DNA from: an uncultured Spirochaetota bacterium
Lineage (GTDB): Bacteria > Spirochaetota > B62-G9 > DRHN01
Assembly (NCBI GenBank): GCA_964525675.1
Contig: CAZGJW010000002.1
Coordinates: 7,093-71,092 of the forward strand
Reading direction: 5' to 3'
Length of the DNA stretch: 64,000 nt
Below the pieces are notes generated by a model. That model saw only the letters and a list, made by a program, of their open reading frames with translations. It did no database searches and was not told the origin of the DNA. This document shows, in pieces, positions 37,388 to 47,051 of this stretch (within the stretch, counting starts at the first letter, position 1; each line of letters opens with the position of its first letter). The translations under genes were made by a program, and so were the position numbers.

Positions 37388-38767
37388 ATGGACTGTTGTA
37401 ATAAAGTACTGATAATGGGGCTCGGCCTGCATGGCGGTGGCGCGGGTGCCGCAAACTATTTCGTTTCACGTGGTTGCCAGGTGGTCGTAACAGACCTTAA
37501 AAGCGAAGACGAGCTTGCCGACGGCATTAAGATGCTGAAGCAGAGGGAAAAAATTCGGTTCGTTTTGGGCAGGCATGAGTACAATGATTTTCGGGATGCT
37601 GATCTGATCGTAAGAAACCCCGGTGTTCCGAAAGATTCTCCGTACATTGCGTACGCGAAGGAGCAGGGGACCGCAATTGACACCGATGTAGGTGTTTTTC
37701 TCGACTGCATGAGAAAAAAAACACGCAATATCATCGGAGTGACCGGCACGAAGGGAAAATCGACGACCGCCTCCCTGATTCATACTATTTTAAAGATGAA
37801 ACACTCCGATGCGCTTCTTGCGGGAAACATAACCGTGTCTGTGTTTGATATCCTGCCCCAGGTGACAACCGATACGTATATCGTGCTTGAGCTGTCCAGT
37901 TTTCAGCTTGGCGGGATCGAGAATAAACAGTTCAGCCCGAGGCTCGGTGTGTTTACGAATTTCATGGAGGACCACCTCGATTATTACGATGGCATGGATG
38001 AATATTTTAAAGACAAAGCGGTGCTCTATCGGTTTCAGCGCAGGGGAGATGTCATTGTTGTGAACAGGGACAACGATGTATTCCGCAGGGTCTCTCCCGG
38101 AAAGGGGGTTAAGATGCTCAGTTTCGGGCTGACGAAAAACTTCAGCGGGTCGGGCGTATTTATACAGAAAGATGGTAAAAGAGACGTGCTGTACTTCAAA
38201 AAACATGATCAAACGTGGCGGTTGTTTGACGCAGGGGTCATACATCTTCGAGGCAGGCATAACCTGTACAATATGCTCGCAGCCGTCGCAGCATGCGTGT
38301 CGGAGGGTATCGATCCGTCTGAAATCCGTGATGCCGTTTTCGGCTTCAAGGGCCTTCCCCACCGGCTGGAGTATATTGCTACCAAGAGCGGAGTGCACTT
38401 TATCAATGACTCGGCTGCTACCATGCCTGATGCCGCTGTTGAAGGAATCAACAGCATAGAAGGGGAGGTTACCCTCATTGCAGGCGGTTCGGACAAGGGC
38501 TTGACCCTTGGTACGCTTGTCCGGACTGTGAAGGAAAAGGTAAAAAACCTGATATTGCTTGAAGGCTCCGGTACAAAGCGGCTGATTGGGGAGGGGCTTG
38601 AGGAGTATTGTATGTTCGATGATTTTAAAGAAGCGGTGTCCCGCGCGTATGCTGTTTCCGCTCCGGGAATGACGGTACTGCTGTCACCCGGCTTTGCGAG
38701 CTTCGGTATGTTCATGAATGAGTTTGACAGGGGCAATCAGTTCAGGGATATAGTCAGCAATCTTTAA
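37388..38767 (+). CDS. murD: UDP-N-acetylmuramoyl-L-alanine--D-glutamate ligase
   Basis: It has the GVTGTKGKSTT P-loop and the Mur ligase three-domain length (459 aa). Confidence 0.9.
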   Translation: MDCCNKVLIMGLGLHGGGAGAANYFVSRGCQVVVTDLKSEDELADGIKMLKQREKIRFVLGRHEYNDFRDADLIVRNPGVPKDSPYIAYAKEQGTAIDTDVGVFLDCMRKKTRNIIGVTGTKGKSTTASLIHTILKMKHSDALLAGNITVSVFDILPQVTTDTYIVLELSSFQLGGIENKQFSPRLGVFTNFMEDHLDYYDGMDEYFKDKAVLYRFQRRGDVIVVNRDNDVFRRVSPGKGVKMLSFGLTKNFSGSGVFIQKDGKRDVLYFKKHDQTWRLFDAGVIHLRGRHNLYNMLAAVAACVSEGIDPSEIRDAVFGFKGLPHRLEYIATKSGVHFINDSAATMPDAAVEGINSIEGEVTLIAGGSDKGLTLGTLVRTVKEKVKNLILLEGSGTKRLIGEGLEEYCMFDDFKEAVSRAYAVSAPGMTVLLSPGFASFGMFMNEFDRGNQFRDIVSNL

Positions 38768-38795
38768 CGAGGATTATCGGTGATTTGGAGGTTGT

Positions 38796-40208
38796 ATGAT
38801 TGAAGGCAGAAGTGAAGAGGAGCAAAAACTTTTTAAAACAATTCGGGTATACGGTCAGGAGCACATCCTTCGCTTCTGGGATGAAATCGACGAACAGGGT
38901 AAAAATGAACTTGTCCGGGATATTCAAAAGGTCGATTTCCATCTGATCGAGCAGGTCACGCCACTCCTCATCGAGAAAGAGTTGCAGATACGGAAGGTGA
39001 AAAGACCGGATGTAATCTTTATCCCCGGGACAGAGGAAGAGCACAGGCGGCAACAGGAGGCGAAGGAGTACGGTGAGGCATTGATAGCCTCTTCCAAAAC
39101 TGCAGTCTTTACCGCTGCGGGAGGGCAGAGTTCACGCCTGGGGATCGATGCCCCGAAGGGAACGTTTCCGGTAAGCCCAATCAGTGGGAAAAGCCTGTTC
39201 GAGGTGCACGCTCATAAAATCGCCTATATGCAGAACAAGTTTCACGTGCAGATCCCGTGGATAATCATGGTGAGTGATACAAACAGGGATCAGACCGAGA
39301 AATTCTTTGAACAAAATAGCTATTTCGGGCTCAGTCCGGGGCTCGTCCGGTTTATTGAACAGATGATGTTTCCCGCCGTGGATGGAAAGGGACGGCTATT
39401 TTTAAAGGAAAAAAACAGGCTGTTCATGAGCCCTGGCGGCCATGGCGGCACTTTTTCAACATTGAAAAACTCAGGCGCGCATGCCTGGCTCAAAGACATC
39501 GGTGTAGAGGAAATTTTCTACTTTCAGGTCGATAATGTACTCGTAAAGGTGCTCGATCCCGTTTTTCTCGGCTATCATTCGCTGAACAGGTGTGATATGT
39601 CGTCAAAGTGTGTAGAGAAGAGGAATTCGGAGGAAAAGATCGGTGTTTTCGTTGTGGAGGAAGGAAAGATAGGGGTTGTCGAGTATTCTGAGCTCGATTC
39701 CGTCATTCTCGAGGGAGGAGGCGACCCGCGGATGGAACTGTCGGGCGGAAGTATAGCTATACATTCGATAAACCTCGACTTTGCCGTCCGCATCACTGAA
39801 AAGAACCTGAAACTCCCGTTTCATATCGCTCATAAGAAAATTCCCCATGTCGGACCCGACGGCAATAGTATTGAACCCGATGAGCCGAACGGCTATAAGC
39901 TGGAAACGTTTATTTTTGATGCACTCAAAAGCGCCGAACGTTCAATTATCATGGAAGTATCGCGACGGGAGGAGTTTTCTCCGCTGAAGAATAGAAGTGG
40001 AGAGGATTCTCCGGACACCGTCTTGTATGACCAGCAGCTTCTTTTTGCAGAGTGGTTTGAATCCGCAGGTATACGTGTACCGCGAAGGCGGGACGGAACA
40101 CCCCTGTACAGGCTCGAAGTGTCACCGCTCTTCGCACCGTGTAAAGAGGATTTTATTGCGGCAATCCCACAGAATACGGAAATAGAGGGAGACACCTGTA
40201 TTGAGTGA
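38796..40208 (+). CDS. UDPGP-family (UAP1/UGP-type) UTP--sugar-1-phosphate uridylyltransferase
   Basis: It has AAGGQSSRLG...PKG, PGGHGG and FQVDN, characteristic of the eukaryote-type UDP-sugar pyrophosphorylase family. Confidence 0.75.
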   Translation: MIEGRSEEEQKLFKTIRVYGQEHILRFWDEIDEQGKNELVRDIQKVDFHLIEQVTPLLIEKELQIRKVKRPDVIFIPGTEEEHRRQQEAKEYGEALIASSKTAVFTAAGGQSSRLGIDAPKGTFPVSPISGKSLFEVHAHKIAYMQNKFHVQIPWIIMVSDTNRDQTEKFFEQNSYFGLSPGLVRFIEQMMFPAVDGKGRLFLKEKNRLFMSPGGHGGTFSTLKNSGAHAWLKDIGVEEIFYFQVDNVLVKVLDPVFLGYHSLNRCDMSSKCVEKRNSEEKIGVFVVEEGKIGVVEYSELDSVILEGGGDPRMELSGGSIAIHSINLDFAVRITEKNLKLPFHIAHKKIPHVGPDGNSIEPDEPNGYKLETFIFDALKSAERSIIMEVSRREEFSPLKNRSGEDSPDTVLYDQQLLFAEWFESAGIRVPRRRDGTPLYRLEVSPLFAPCKEDFIAAIPQNTEIEGDTCIE

Positions 40209-40221
40209 TCTGAGAAATAAG

Positions 40222-40866
40222 ATGCCTGCGGACATATTAGTGCAGGGTGGATGTGTGAAGAACAGAATTGTCATAGCGTCCAAGAACAGCGGAAAGGTGA
40301 AAGAGATTCGTGGAATCCTCAGCTCGGCAGGGCCCCGGATGGAGATTCTCGATCTGACAGAACTCTCCTACGCCGAAAAAATCGATGAAATCGGGAATAA
40401 TTTTATTGAAAATGCGATTATCAAGGCAAAAGCGGTGTATGTAAAATTCAAACTCCCCGTCATTGCCGATGATTCAGGTCTCTGCGTGGAAGCCCTTGGC
40501 GGCAGGCCGGGTGTTTTTTCGGCACGATTCGCAGGGCCGTATGCTACGGACGAAGAGAACAACCGTCTTCTTATTGAAAAAATGAAAAATGTTCGGGAGA
40601 AAGACAGGAAAGCGTGGTTTTCCTGTGTTGCGGTTTTTTATTACGCGGAAAACAGATATTTTAGCTGCGAGGGCCGGGTGTACGGGGTTATTGCCGAAAA
40701 GCCCGTTGGGAGGGGCGGCTTCGGCTACGATCCGCTTTTCTATCTGCCGTCGTACGGGAAAACCATGGCTCAGCTGAAATCTGCGGAAAAAAACAGTATA
40801 AGCCACAGGGGAAAAGCTTTCAGAGCCCTGAAAAAATATATTGATGAATATTTTCGCACAATGTGA
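40222..40866 (+). CDS. rdgB: dITP/XTP pyrophosphatase (RdgB/HAM1 family)
   Basis: It has IVIASKNSGKVKE, ADDSGLCVEALGGRPGVFSAR, FGYDPLF and SHRG. The start is uncertain (TTG 40201, ATG 40222 or GTG 40255). Confidence 0.85.
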   Translation: MPADILVQGGCVKNRIVIASKNSGKVKEIRGILSSAGPRMEILDLTELSYAEKIDEIGNNFIENAIIKAKAVYVKFKLPVIADDSGLCVEALGGRPGVFSARFAGPYATDEENNRLLIEKMKNVREKDRKAWFSCVAVFYYAENRYFSCEGRVYGVIAEKPVGRGGFGYDPLFYLPSYGKTMAQLKSAEKNSISHRGKAFRALKKYIDEYFRTM

Positions 40867-40939
40867 ACAGCCTGGAACCATGATTTTCTCACTATGTTCC
40901 AGCACATTTTCAGGTGCAGTGAACAGGGTAGGACGAAAA

Positions 40940-41098
40940 ATGAGTATCGGAACTTTGGTCGGCATTGCTGTTCTTGCGTCCTCAGTGTCTCTTACAACCT
41001 ATCTCGTTATCTGGAGTACCCATTCAATCAATAATATCAACAGAAAAAAAGGCCGGACGCTTCGTGAAATTCTGAAGGAGAGACGTGGTGAAAAATAA
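40940..41098 (+). CDS. possible 52-aa single-TM protein
   Basis: MSIGTLVGIAVLASSVSLTTYLVIW... is followed by a basic tail. It overlaps the start of the downstream permease. There is no homology argument. Confidence 0.3.
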   Translation: MSIGTLVGIAVLASSVSLTTYLVIWSTHSINNINRKKGRTLREILKERRGEK

Positions 41099-43355
41099 CA
41101 ATCAGTCCACAGAGGGCCCTGTTGTCCATGCTGAACTGTCAAGAGACCTTTCTCTCTTTCACATTACAATGATGGGCCTGGGAATGATGATAGGCGCGGG
41201 TGTTTTTTTAGGTATTGGGAATTCGCTTTACCATGCCGGTCCGGGCGGTGCAATTCTGACTTTTGCCCTCAATGGTGTTATCGCGCTGTTCACAGCCATG
41301 TCGTATGCGGAGTTGAGCTCCGCAGTGCCTCACGCCGGTGGTGCGTATAATTTCGCGCGTATCGGGTTCGGCCGGGCTACCAGCTTTTTTGCAGGGTGGA
41401 TGGAATGGTTTGCATCTTCAGTTGCCGGCAGCATGTATGCGCTTACCTTCGCCATATACACACTCCGTTATTTCGAGCAGTTGGGTCTTCTTTCATGGCT
41501 GCCCGTTACCATTGAAGCTGCGGTAAAGGTTCTGGCCGTCGCCGCAGCTGTGTTTTTTATTTTAATAAATTACAGGGGCGCTTCCGAAACCGGGAAAATT
41601 GGTGCATTCTTCACAATGGGCCAGATGTTGTTCCTGGTGGCTATCGGTATCGTGGGAATATTCGTAGCCATCAGGGACCCGATTCGCTTCAAGAACTTCA
41701 GCCCATTTGTTCCATACGGCTGGATACGGATACTCGTTACAATGGGTTTTACCTATGTTGCCTTCGAAGGGTTTGAGGTGATTGCCCAGGCTGGGGATGA
41801 AACGATAGAACCCAGGAAGAACCTGCCGAAAGCAATGATTTTTTCGGTCTATATCGCTGCAGTAGTATACGTGGTTGTTGCATTTGCGACTATTGTATCG
41901 GTTAAGGAGGGCATGCCCGGTGTAGAGGGAGCGCCCTGGGAGTGGATCGGCAGTTTCAAAGAGAGGGGATTCGGTGAAGCGGTGTCCCGGCTCCTTCCTA
42001 TGGGAGACATCCTCCTTACGCTCGCCGTAATATTTGCGTCGACCTCGGCCCTGAATGCAACCATTTATTCAGCAACAAGAGCATCGTACGCGCTCGGCAG
42101 GGACAGTATGCTCTCCCCGTTGTTTTCGAGGATTTCATCCAGGAGGAATACACCAGTAGGCGCTCTTTCCATGACCGGTTTGATTGTCATTGTCGTCGCA
42201 GTGTTTCTGCCGACTCTCCATGTTGCATCGAGCGCGAGCATTATGTTTCTTTTTCTCTTTTTCATGGTGAACCTCTCCGTCATAAAGATACGATACAATA
42301 TGGGTGATGAGCTTGTATATGGATTTGTTATGCCGCTGTTTCCTGTTTTTCCCCTCATTGCAATAGTGATGCAGGCCGTGCTTGCCGTGTGGCTCGTGCA
42401 CATGAGTTTTATCGCCTGGATCGTTGCCCCGTCCTGGATTCTTTGCGGCATGCTGATTTATCTGCTGTATTCGCGAAAGCACGCGAAACGGGGAGAGCAT
42501 GATATCTATGTTCTCGAGGAGGAGGAAGAAGCGCCCCAGGGTAAAGAGTACCGAATAATGGTTTCCCTTGCGAACCCCGACACCGCAATTCCGATGGTCA
42601 GGTCGACGTACAGGCTGTGCGGTGCAAAAGGTGCGCATGTTGAGCTGCTCCATATGGTGCCTGTGCCTGACCAGGTTCCTCTTGCAGATGCGCATCACTA
42701 TATGGTGGCCGGCAAAGAGGCGATGATCGAGGTGATGCTGTATCTGGCTCCTCTCTTCTCAGTCAGCACCACAATTCGGTACTGCAGGAGTATCGCACGG
42801 GGCATTGTGAGTGCTGTTCGGGAGAAAAAGATAGATATGCTTATTATGGGCTACAGGGGGGGGAGAAAAGCGCACGGCTTTCGGCTTGGAAGCACGGTTG
42901 ATCCTGTCATTGAACGCGCGCCATGCAATACGGTGATTTTCAAAGGCATTACAGACAGGGAGTACCGTCGTGTTCTGGTACCCGTAGCGGGCGGGCCGAA
43001 CAGTGCTTTTGCTCTGGAGGTGGCAACTATGCTCGCGGACAGTGATGAAGGGGAAGTTGTTGTAATGACCGTGGACACCGGCGGGAGAAGGCTCGATCTC
43101 GCGCAGTTTTTGAGAAATAATGTCGGCCTACTGCATATGGACAGGGTGCGTAAAAAAATCGTGCTGTCCGATGATGTTGTTCATGCTATTGTGGAAGAGT
43201 CGAAAAATTATGACCTCGTTGTTATCGGCATTTCCAACAGAAGCCGTATATATAGAATGAACATGCCCCGGATTATCGCAGACTCTATTACCACACCTCT
43301 TGTGATGGTAAGGTCACCGGGAGGGGTCAGCTCGATGATCAGGAGGTTTGTGTGA
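41085..43355 (+). CDS. APC-family amino-acid/polyamine permease fused to tandem universal-stress-protein (Usp) domains
   Basis: About 470 aa are polytopic (ITMMGLGMMIGAGVF...). The C-terminal part carries two Usp-like modules (...IDMLIMGYRG..., ...YDLVVIGISNRS...). Confidence 0.75.
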   Translation: MVKNNNQSTEGPVVHAELSRDLSLFHITMMGLGMMIGAGVFLGIGNSLYHAGPGGAILTFALNGVIALFTAMSYAELSSAVPHAGGAYNFARIGFGRATSFFAGWMEWFASSVAGSMYALTFAIYTLRYFEQLGLLSWLPVTIEAAVKVLAVAAAVFFILINYRGASETGKIGAFFTMGQMLFLVAIGIVGIFVAIRDPIRFKNFSPFVPYGWIRILVTMGFTYVAFEGFEVIAQAGDETIEPRKNLPKAMIFSVYIAAVVYVVVAFATIVSVKEGMPGVEGAPWEWIGSFKERGFGEAVSRLLPMGDILLTLAVIFASTSALNATIYSATRASYALGRDSMLSPLFSRISSRRNTPVGALSMTGLIVIVVAVFLPTLHVASSASIMFLFLFFMVNLSVIKIRYNMGDELVYGFVMPLFPVFPLIAIVMQAVLAVWLVHMSFIAWIVAPSWILCGMLIYLLYSRKHAKRGEHDIYVLEEEEEAPQGKEYRIMVSLANPDTAIPMVRSTYRLCGAKGAHVELLHMVPVPDQVPLADAHHYMVAGKEAMIEVMLYLAPLFSVSTTIRYCRSIARGIVSAVREKKIDMLIMGYRGGRKAHGFRLGSTVDPVIERAPCNTVIFKGITDREYRRVLVPVAGGPNSAFALEVATMLADSDEGEVVVMTVDTGGRRLDLAQFLRNNVGLLHMDRVRKKIVLSDDVVHAIVEESKNYDLVVIGISNRSRIYRMNMPRIIADSITTPLVMVRSPGGVSSMIRRFV

Positions 43356-44109
43356 TGTATTTGCTAGCCCAGACGGCAGTTATGGCGCCGACGTACCCTG
43401 CGTCCCGGGGATCCGACAAAAGGTGGTCGGCTCTGTCCAATGATATAAAGCTCTTTGGATGTTTTGCAGTCTGAAAGATATCGGCCGCGTTATCGATACC
43501 CACTATTCTGTCAAGCGGGGAGTGGAAGACGATCAATGCCCTGTTCAGTCCGCGTATTGCTTTTTTCGTGTCCGTCTTCCAGAGATCATCCAGGAACTGT
43601 TTTTTGATCCTGAAGCTGCGCCCTGCAATGATCACTTCGGTTTCTCCTTTTTTTTTCATCTCTTCGCTGTCGAGAGGCAGAAGTTTGTTTATATGGGCGG
43701 GATCGCAGGGCGCGGCGATTGTTGCAACAGCAACGGATGAGGCTATGGAGGAAGTGGCCTGTAAAACGGCAGCACCCCCGAATGAGTGCCCGATAAGGAG
43801 CTCGGGAGCCCGAAATTCTTTCTCCATAAAATCGGCTGCGGCGCGTAAATCATCCGTGTTGGAAGTGAAGTTCGTATCCGAGAATTTGCCCTCACTTTCT
43901 CCCAGACCGGTAAAGTCGAAACGAAGCACTCCGAAACCGTTTTCCGTCAGCGCGCGATCAATATTCGAAAATGTCTTGTAGTTTTTTGAGCAGGTGAAAC
44001 AGTGGGCAAGAAGCGCATAGTGCTCCGGTGTTTCGGAATCCGGTGTATCGATATAGGCACTGAGGCTGTGCCCGTTGTGGTTTTTAAAAGAAACCTTTTT
44101 TGATTCCAT
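43339..44109 (-). CDS. alpha/beta-fold hydrolase
   Basis: It has the GHSFGG nucleophile elbow. ATG 44109 (MESKKVSF...) is preferred over the longer ORF to 44214. Confidence 0.7.
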   Translation of the reverse strand: MESKKVSFKNHNGHSLSAYIDTPDSETPEHYALLAHCFTCSKNYKTFSNIDRALTENGFGVLRFDFTGLGESEGKFSDTNFTSNTDDLRAAADFMEKEFRAPELLIGHSFGGAAVLQATSSIASSVAVATIAAPCDPAHINKLLPLDSEEMKKKGETEVIIAGRSFRIKKQFLDDLWKTDTKKAIRGLNRALIVFHSPLDRIVGIDNAADIFQTAKHPKSFISLDRADHLLSDPRDAGYVGAITAVWASKYITQTS

Positions 44110-44350
44110 GCTGTTCTCATGCCTATGTGTGTATGGTTTTATGATAGAAAAAGTTACAGACAAATTTTTTGTTTCGGTATCAGCTAACATAATGTATATG
44201 GCTTGTGATTTCAAGGTAATACCGTGCAGGATGATTTGTGTCTGTTCCGATGTGTTTGAAGGATGTACTGCCTGGAGAATTTATCTTGTTTTTTAACGCA
44301 GCCGCTCCTATTGTTTTATTCATCGTTTACATTATTCCGGGAGAGATACA

Positions 44351-44644
44351 GTGCCGTTTATTACTGTTAAGAACACGGATGACAGGGTAGAAACCGATCT
44401 TGTCACATCTCTGCTTGTGGCTCTGCAGCGCCAGCAGATACCCATCGATACGGTCTGCGGGGGGAAAGCCCAGTGCGGCAGGTGCGTAGTCCGGATTTTG
44501 AATGGAAGTGAGTTTTTAACGAAAAAAAAGCCTGCTGAGATACTGCGCCTCGATACACTGAAGGCTGATAAGACAATGCGCTTGGCCTGCCAGACTTATA
44601 CGCGTGGTAATATCGAGATTGAAATCATCAATATACGGAAATAA
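44351..44644 (+). CDS. 2Fe-2S ferredoxin-like protein
   Basis: It has the CGGKAQCGRC...LACQ cysteine pattern in a 97-aa ORF. Confidence 0.6.
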   Translation: MPFITVKNTDDRVETDLVTSLLVALQRQQIPIDTVCGGKAQCGRCVVRILNGSEFLTKKKPAEILRLDTLKADKTMRLACQTYTRGNIEIEIINIRK

Positions 44645-44873
44645 GCTGTATGCGCGGTTTGGGGCTTGCGGTTCGGCTGAACGACGTTTAAAAATTGAGT
44701 TGCAATAAACCTTTTTCGTTATACAATTATTACTGTTGTGAGATGGATATACCCAAAATGGTCTCATTTTTATAAACTTCAATAAGGTACTCCGCGCGAA
44801 TTTGGATACCGGTGCGATGATTCGAGAAAAGAAGAAATATATAAACCGGGTGTTTTGGAATGCCTGACTAATC

Positions 44874-44902
44874 TTGACTCTCAGGAGATATTTTTATACT
44901 AT
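44874..44902 (+). promoter_or_regulatory. sigma70-type promoter (TTGACT-17 nt-TACTAT) upstream of the carboxyltransferase cluster
   Basis: TTGACT lies at 44874-44879 and TACTAT at 44897-44902, ~75 nt before ATG 44976. Confidence 0.45.
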
Positions 44903-44975
44903 AAAAAAACTTCAAATAAAACCTGCACATTCGTCTTGATGTATTTCCTGACTATCCCTTCGCTATGGAGGCCTT

Positions 44976-46529
44976 ATGGGAACTGTTGAGAAAAGAAATA
45001 TAGAATTGGGAAGAAAAAAATCCCTCGTAAGGCAGATGGGCGGCGAACAGCAAATAGCAAAACAGCGCGAAAAGGGTAAATTGACGGCGCGTGAGAGAGT
45101 AGATCTCTTCTTTGATAAGGATACCTTTCACGAAGTGGATATGTTTGTGAGACATTACAGCACGAACTTCGGTCTGGACCGCATGGTAATCCCATCCGAT
45201 GGCGTTGTTACCGGACATGGACTCGTGAACGGAAGGCACGTATGCGCGTATTTTCAGGATTTTACATCGAGAGGCGGGTCGCTTGGTGAAATGCATGCGG
45301 CAAAGATATGTAAAATCATGGACAAGGCGATGAAAGCGGGACTGCCGATTGTCGGATTCAACGATTCGGGAGGAGCCCGCATTCAGGAAGGGATTGATGC
45401 CCTGAAAGGGTATGGGAATATTTTTTTCAGGAATGCCCGGGCATCCGGTGTGATACCGCAGATTTCCGCCATAATGGGACCATGCGCGGGCGGTGCTGTA
45501 TACTCGCCTGCGATGACGGACTTTGTATTTATGGTTAAGCATACGAGCTACATGTATATTACAGGTCCCGATGTTATACGGGCCGTTACCGGAGAGCGTA
45601 CCGGTCATGAAGAACTCGGCGGCGCAATCGCCCATAATACAAAAAGCGGTAATGCGCATTTTGCATGTGAGAACGAAGAAGACACAATGAACTGCATAAA
45701 AACGCTTTTAGGCTTTCTTCCGAGCAACAATATGGAGGACCCTCCGTATTATGAACCTGTAGACGATCCGCGGCGAATCTGCCCCGATCTTGACTCTATC
45801 ATTCCTGACAACCCGAGAAAGAGCTACAACATGAAAGAGGTCATCCACAATGTTGTGGACGACGGCTATATTTTTGAACCGCATAAGTACTTTGCCGAAA
45901 ACCTTATTGTCGCCTTTGCGCGGTTGAACGGGAGGGTTGTCGGTATTATTGCAAACCACCCTCAGTTTCTTGCCGGCTGCCTCGACATTGATGCGTCTGA
46001 CAAGGCAAGCAGGTTTATTAGAACCTGCGATGCATTCAATATTCCATTGATAACCTTTGCAGATGTTCCAGGGTACCTTCCCGGAACCGATCAGGAATGG
46101 AGCGGCATTATCCGCCACGGGGCGAAACTGCTTTGGAGCTATTCAGAGGCGACTGTGCCGAAAATGACTGTCATCACGCGAAAAGATTACGGCGGTGCCT
46201 ATATTGCGATGAGCTCGAGCCACCTCGGTGCAGACATGGTCTTTGCGTGGCCGACTGCTGAGATAGCGGTTATGGGTGCTGAAGGTGCGGTGAATATTAT
46301 TTACAGGAAAGATATCGAAGGGGCAAAACATCCCGAAAAGATTCGGCAGGAGAAGATCAAAGAGTACGAGGAGCTTCTCTGCAACCCCTACATTGCGGCC
46401 AGCAGAGGATATGTGGATGCTGTTATAAAACCGTCTGAAACACGCATGCGTCTGATCAAGGCACTCGAGTTGTTAAAGACAAAAAATGAAACGCTGCCGC
46501 CGAAAAAGCACGGTAACATACCGCTGTAA
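44976..46529 (+). CDS. acyl-CoA carboxyltransferase (methylmalonyl-CoA carboxyltransferase 12S / PccB / MmdA family)
   Basis: It is 517 aa with GGEQQIAKQREKGKLTARERVDLF..., GFNDSGGARIQEG and the GxAYIAM region, typical of the family. It has a GGAGG SD. Confidence 0.9.
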   Translation: MGTVEKRNIELGRKKSLVRQMGGEQQIAKQREKGKLTARERVDLFFDKDTFHEVDMFVRHYSTNFGLDRMVIPSDGVVTGHGLVNGRHVCAYFQDFTSRGGSLGEMHAAKICKIMDKAMKAGLPIVGFNDSGGARIQEGIDALKGYGNIFFRNARASGVIPQISAIMGPCAGGAVYSPAMTDFVFMVKHTSYMYITGPDVIRAVTGERTGHEELGGAIAHNTKSGNAHFACENEEDTMNCIKTLLGFLPSNNMEDPPYYEPVDDPRRICPDLDSIIPDNPRKSYNMKEVIHNVVDDGYIFEPHKYFAENLIVAFARLNGRVVGIIANHPQFLAGCLDIDASDKASRFIRTCDAFNIPLITFADVPGYLPGTDQEWSGIIRHGAKLLWSYSEATVPKMTVITRKDYGGAYIAMSSSHLGADMVFAWPTAEIAVMGAEGAVNIIYRKDIEGAKHPEKIRQEKIKEYEELLCNPYIAASRGYVDAVIKPSETRMRLIKALELLKTKNETLPPKKHGNIPL

Positions 46530-46581
46530 TACGGCTGTTAAACGTGCGGATAGCACACGCGGACTTGATTTACTGAAGGGT

Positions 46582-46956
46582 ATGCAGGTGAACAGGAAGC
46601 AGATTGCGGCAATTACCGGCGTTATGTATTACCTTCAGGAAGAGAGGCGAAAGCTTCTGGATCAGATGGGTATCATTCCGTACAGCATGATAAATCGCTG
46701 GAGTATGCACGGCCGCCAAACGATAATGAAATTAAGGACCCGCGCTCAGCTGAGAACTCTCGGGTCCCATATGTGCCTGCCCTTCTTGAATCATATGATG
46801 TTGAATAACGGAAGAGTTCCTGCGCCTCTGCATCGAATAAAAAACCTTGCAGTGGCTCAAAACATGCTCAAAACTCAGGCGCAGATTCGAAAAGCACAGA
46901 TACAAAAAATGAAGATGAAATCACCGGGTCAATATGTATCGGAGGGACGGGTCTGA
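46582..46956 (+). CDS. small subunit-like protein (OadG-like N-terminal motif?), function unknown
   Basis: MQVNRKQIAAITGVMYYLQEE... resembles the AAI..A...Y motif of decarboxylase gamma/delta subunits. The rest is basic and low-complexity. Its position between the two carboxyltransferase genes supports that it is real. Confidence 0.35.
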   Translation: MQVNRKQIAAITGVMYYLQEERRKLLDQMGIIPYSMINRWSMHGRQTIMKLRTRAQLRTLGSHMCLPFLNHMMLNNGRVPAPLHRIKNLAVAQNMLKTQAQIRKAQIQKMKMKSPGQYVSEGRV

Positions 46957-47051
46957 TTCCGGGATTTTAATTTTCGAGATTTCTATTTTTTGGATTGCGG
47001 ATCATGAAGGCAACTGGTTCATTCTTACAGCGAAACAGGGGATTTCCCCGG

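Noticed and set aside
44132-44142. TATGGTTTTAT, an 11-nt match to the R1 3' terminus (reverse complement), was considered as a solo R1 end.
   Set aside because: No further similarity exists on either side. Such a short AT-rich match is plausible by chance.
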